This document shows, piece after piece, positions 61,881 through 64,000 of a stretch of 64,000 nt of DNA. The translations under genes were made by a program, and so were the position numbers. The DNA comes from Methanobacteriota archaeon (GTDB lineage Archaea > Halobacteriota > Bog-38 > Methanoflorentales > Methanoflorentaceae). How positions within the stretch are numbered: position 1 is the first letter of the stretch; the number at the start of each line of letters is the position of its first letter. The stretch spans positions 32,001 through 96,000 of the forward strand of contig OY970393.1 of assembly GCA_963720465.1 (NCBI GenBank). Direction: 5' to 3'. The notes under the pieces were generated by a model. It saw only the letters and a program-made list of their open reading frames with translations, did no database searches and was not told the origin of the DNA.

Positions 61881-63524
61881 ATGGCAGGACGACCCACAGG
61901 ACAACTTGTTAGTGCCGGCGGACAGCCGATTTTGATTCTCAAAGAGGGTACCACTCGGACGCGAGGCGAGGAAGCCCAAAGCATGAATATCGAAGCTGCG
62001 CGCGCCGTAGCAAATGCAGTAAGAACGACTCTTGGCCCTAAGGGGATGGACAAAATGCTCGTCGATAGCATCGGCGATGTCGTCATCACCAATGACGGAG
62101 CAACCATCCTAAAAGAGATGGATATCGAACATCCCGCTGCAAAGATGGTAGTCGAGGTCGCTAAGACCCAGGACGACGAAGTCGGCGACGGGACCACAAC
62201 CGCAGTCGTGCTTGTTGGTGAACTTTTGCGAGAAGCAGAGGAGCTTTTGGGTGAAGATGTGCACCCTACGGTAATCGCTGCGGGGTTCAACTTGGCTGCG
62301 CGCAAGGCGACAGAAGTACTTACTGAAATGGCTTTTGAAGGCGATGATGCGACGCTTAGAAACATTGCGATGACGGCCATAACGGGAAAGGGCGCTGAGA
62401 TGATGCTCGGCAAGATGGCTGACATCGTTGTCGAAGCCGTGCAGCTCGTCGCTGAGGACGTTGATGGAAAGAAAACCGTAGACCCCGATGACATCAGTGT
62501 AGTGCGCCGCTACGGGGCATCGGTCGATGATTCAAAACTCGTGCGCGGCCTCATCATCGACAAAGAAAAAGTGCACCCGCTTATGCCCACGACGGTGAAA
62601 GATGCCAAGATAGCCCTTCTTAATGTTGGCTTGGAAATCGAAAAGACGGAGATCGACGCGAAGATTGAGATCAATGATCCAGGACAGATGCAGTCGTTCT
62701 GGGATGAGGAAGAGCGGAGGCTTGAATCGATCGCCGACAAGGTGATTGCAAGCGGGGCAAACGTCGTTTTTTGCCAAAAAGGGATCGACGATCTCGTCCA
62801 GCATTATCTTGCGAAGGCGGGCATATTGGCCGGACGGCGGGTCAAGAAAAGCGATATGAAACGCCTCGAAAAGGCGACTGGGGGCAAGATCACCGACACG
62901 CTGGAGGATCTTGCCCAACTCGGCTATGCCGGTTTGGTCCAGGAGAGAAAAGTCGGCGATAATGAGATGATTTTTGTCGAAAACACACAAAACCCCAAAG
63001 CGGTATCCATTTTGCTCCGCGGCAGCATCGAACACGTTGTCGACGAGATGGATAGGGCGGTAAACGACGCCCTGAAAGTCGTCTCGTTGACCCTTGAGAA
63101 GAACCAAGTACTGGCAGGCGGTGGCGCTCCGGAGATCGAACTTGCAATGACTCTGCGCGACTATGCGACGACTTTTGGCGGGCGTGAACAACTCTCCGTG
63201 CGCGCTTTTGCGAATGCGATGGAGATCATTCCAAAAACGCTTATTGAAAATGCTGGTGGAGATCCACTCGACAAGATTGTGGAGCTTCGCAGTGCCCACG
63301 AATCGGGTGATCGAAACGCTGGTATATCAGTGGACGGTGAGGTAAGGGACATGCTGGCTCTCAATGTTGTTGATCCGCTCCGCGTAAAACTAAACGCGGT
63401 CGAATCCGCGATGGAAACTGCCAATATGATCTTGAGAATTGATGATATCATCGCTGCAAGCACAGAAACGCCCGGACCTGGCGGCGAAAGTCCAGACATG
63501 TACCGAGAAGCGGAACTGTACTGA
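61881..63524 (+). CDS. ths: Thermosome (group II chaperonin) subunit
   Basis: TLGPKGMDKML, TNDGATIL, GDGTTT, CQKGIDD, ILRIDDII; GGAGG RBS before ATG 61881. Confidence 0.97.
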   Translation: MAGRPTGQLVSAGGQPILILKEGTTRTRGEEAQSMNIEAARAVANAVRTTLGPKGMDKMLVDSIGDVVITNDGATILKEMDIEHPAAKMVVEVAKTQDDEVGDGTTTAVVLVGELLREAEELLGEDVHPTVIAAGFNLAARKATEVLTEMAFEGDDATLRNIAMTAITGKGAEMMLGKMADIVVEAVQLVAEDVDGKKTVDPDDISVVRRYGASVDDSKLVRGLIIDKEKVHPLMPTTVKDAKIALLNVGLEIEKTEIDAKIEINDPGQMQSFWDEEERRLESIADKVIASGANVVFCQKGIDDLVQHYLAKAGILAGRRVKKSDMKRLEKATGGKITDTLEDLAQLGYAGLVQERKVGDNEMIFVENTQNPKAVSILLRGSIEHVVDEMDRAVNDALKVVSLTLEKNQVLAGGGAPEIELAMTLRDYATTFGGREQLSVRAFANAMEIIPKTLIENAGGDPLDKIVELRSAHESGDRNAGISVDGEVRDMLALNVVDPLRVKLNAVESAMETANMILRIDDIIAASTETPGPGGESPDMYREAELY

Positions 63525-63724
63525 TGACTGTGCTTAGCAGTCATCGTTCTCTCTTTTTTTGAGGCCACAAATCGCGAATGTGGATCTGGCCTCCGATCTA
63601 CGACGCAAAGGCTGCTCAGTCAGCTAACATAACTTATAAATAGTCAAGAATTGCTCATTTGAGTGGTTTTCAGGCGAAGATCGACAGGCGGAAGTTTGCA
63701 CCACGACACAGTGAGTCGTGACTT

Positions 63725-64000
63725 ATGCGGCAAAAAGGAATTCTTGCGATTTTAATTGTTTCGATAATGCTGTTTTCGTGTGGTTGTTTGGGGGGCGGGC
63801 AGAGCAATAATACCAACACGGCACCTCTCGCGAACTCCTTGCTAGTCGTCAGATCGGTTGAGGTTATGGTGGGCTACAACACTTCTCTTTCCTGCATTTT
63901 GAACACAACGAACGGGGGGGGCCTTGACAATCAAACCGTTTACTGGTACCTCGACGGCACGCCTCTTGGGCAAAGCTCCACTTACTTTGGATTTGCAACG
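63725..64000 (+). CDS. Secreted lipoprotein, partial (runs off the window edge)
   Basis: MRQKGILAILIVSIMLFSCGCLGG..., frame open to the end. Confidence 0.65.
   Translation, partial: MRQKGILAILIVSIMLFSCGCLGGGQSNNTNTAPLANSLLVVRSVEVMVGYNTSLSCILNTTNGGGLDNQTVYWYLDGTPLGQSSTYFGFAT

Overview
Archaeal chromosomal DNA, most consistent with a methanogen-related Halobacteriota lineage (Sm-L37e-purF, pelota, SepF/ZPR1, dph2, mfnA, ppsA, PINA, thermosome, PEF-CTERM proteins); the taxonomy is inferred from gene content only. Positions 1-29.9 kb are mostly core genes. They include a surface-protein cluster with a ~81 x 12-bp repeat whose single variable base switches an N-glycosylation sequon on or off. A tRNA-Val(GAC) at 29928-30001 starts a mosaic accessory region rich in pseudogenes, AT-rich inserted genes and redox/iron-stress genes. 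The most interesting signal is a family of four small paralogous genes (motif K-I-x5-K-x4-YPxIRLP...TxH-[DN]), each ending in or just before tRNA-Val anticodon-arm sequence. One reads antisense into the intact tRNA. Three lie in sense orientation ahead of att-like tRNA-Val fragments at 37.3, 40.1 and 54.3 kb. Two of these fragments are symmetric 8-7-8 cores split by unique short inserts. No integrase is visible, so this looks like an integrase-less, tRNA-Val-anchored gene-accretion system; this is inference and untested. The right end holds slipin, a stand-alone nifB followed in frame by a second CxxC-x-DA-x-G motif, a CMD protein and a thermosome subunit. No CRISPR array, rRNA or recognisable transposase was found. 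All calls come from reading the sequence, with no database searches.
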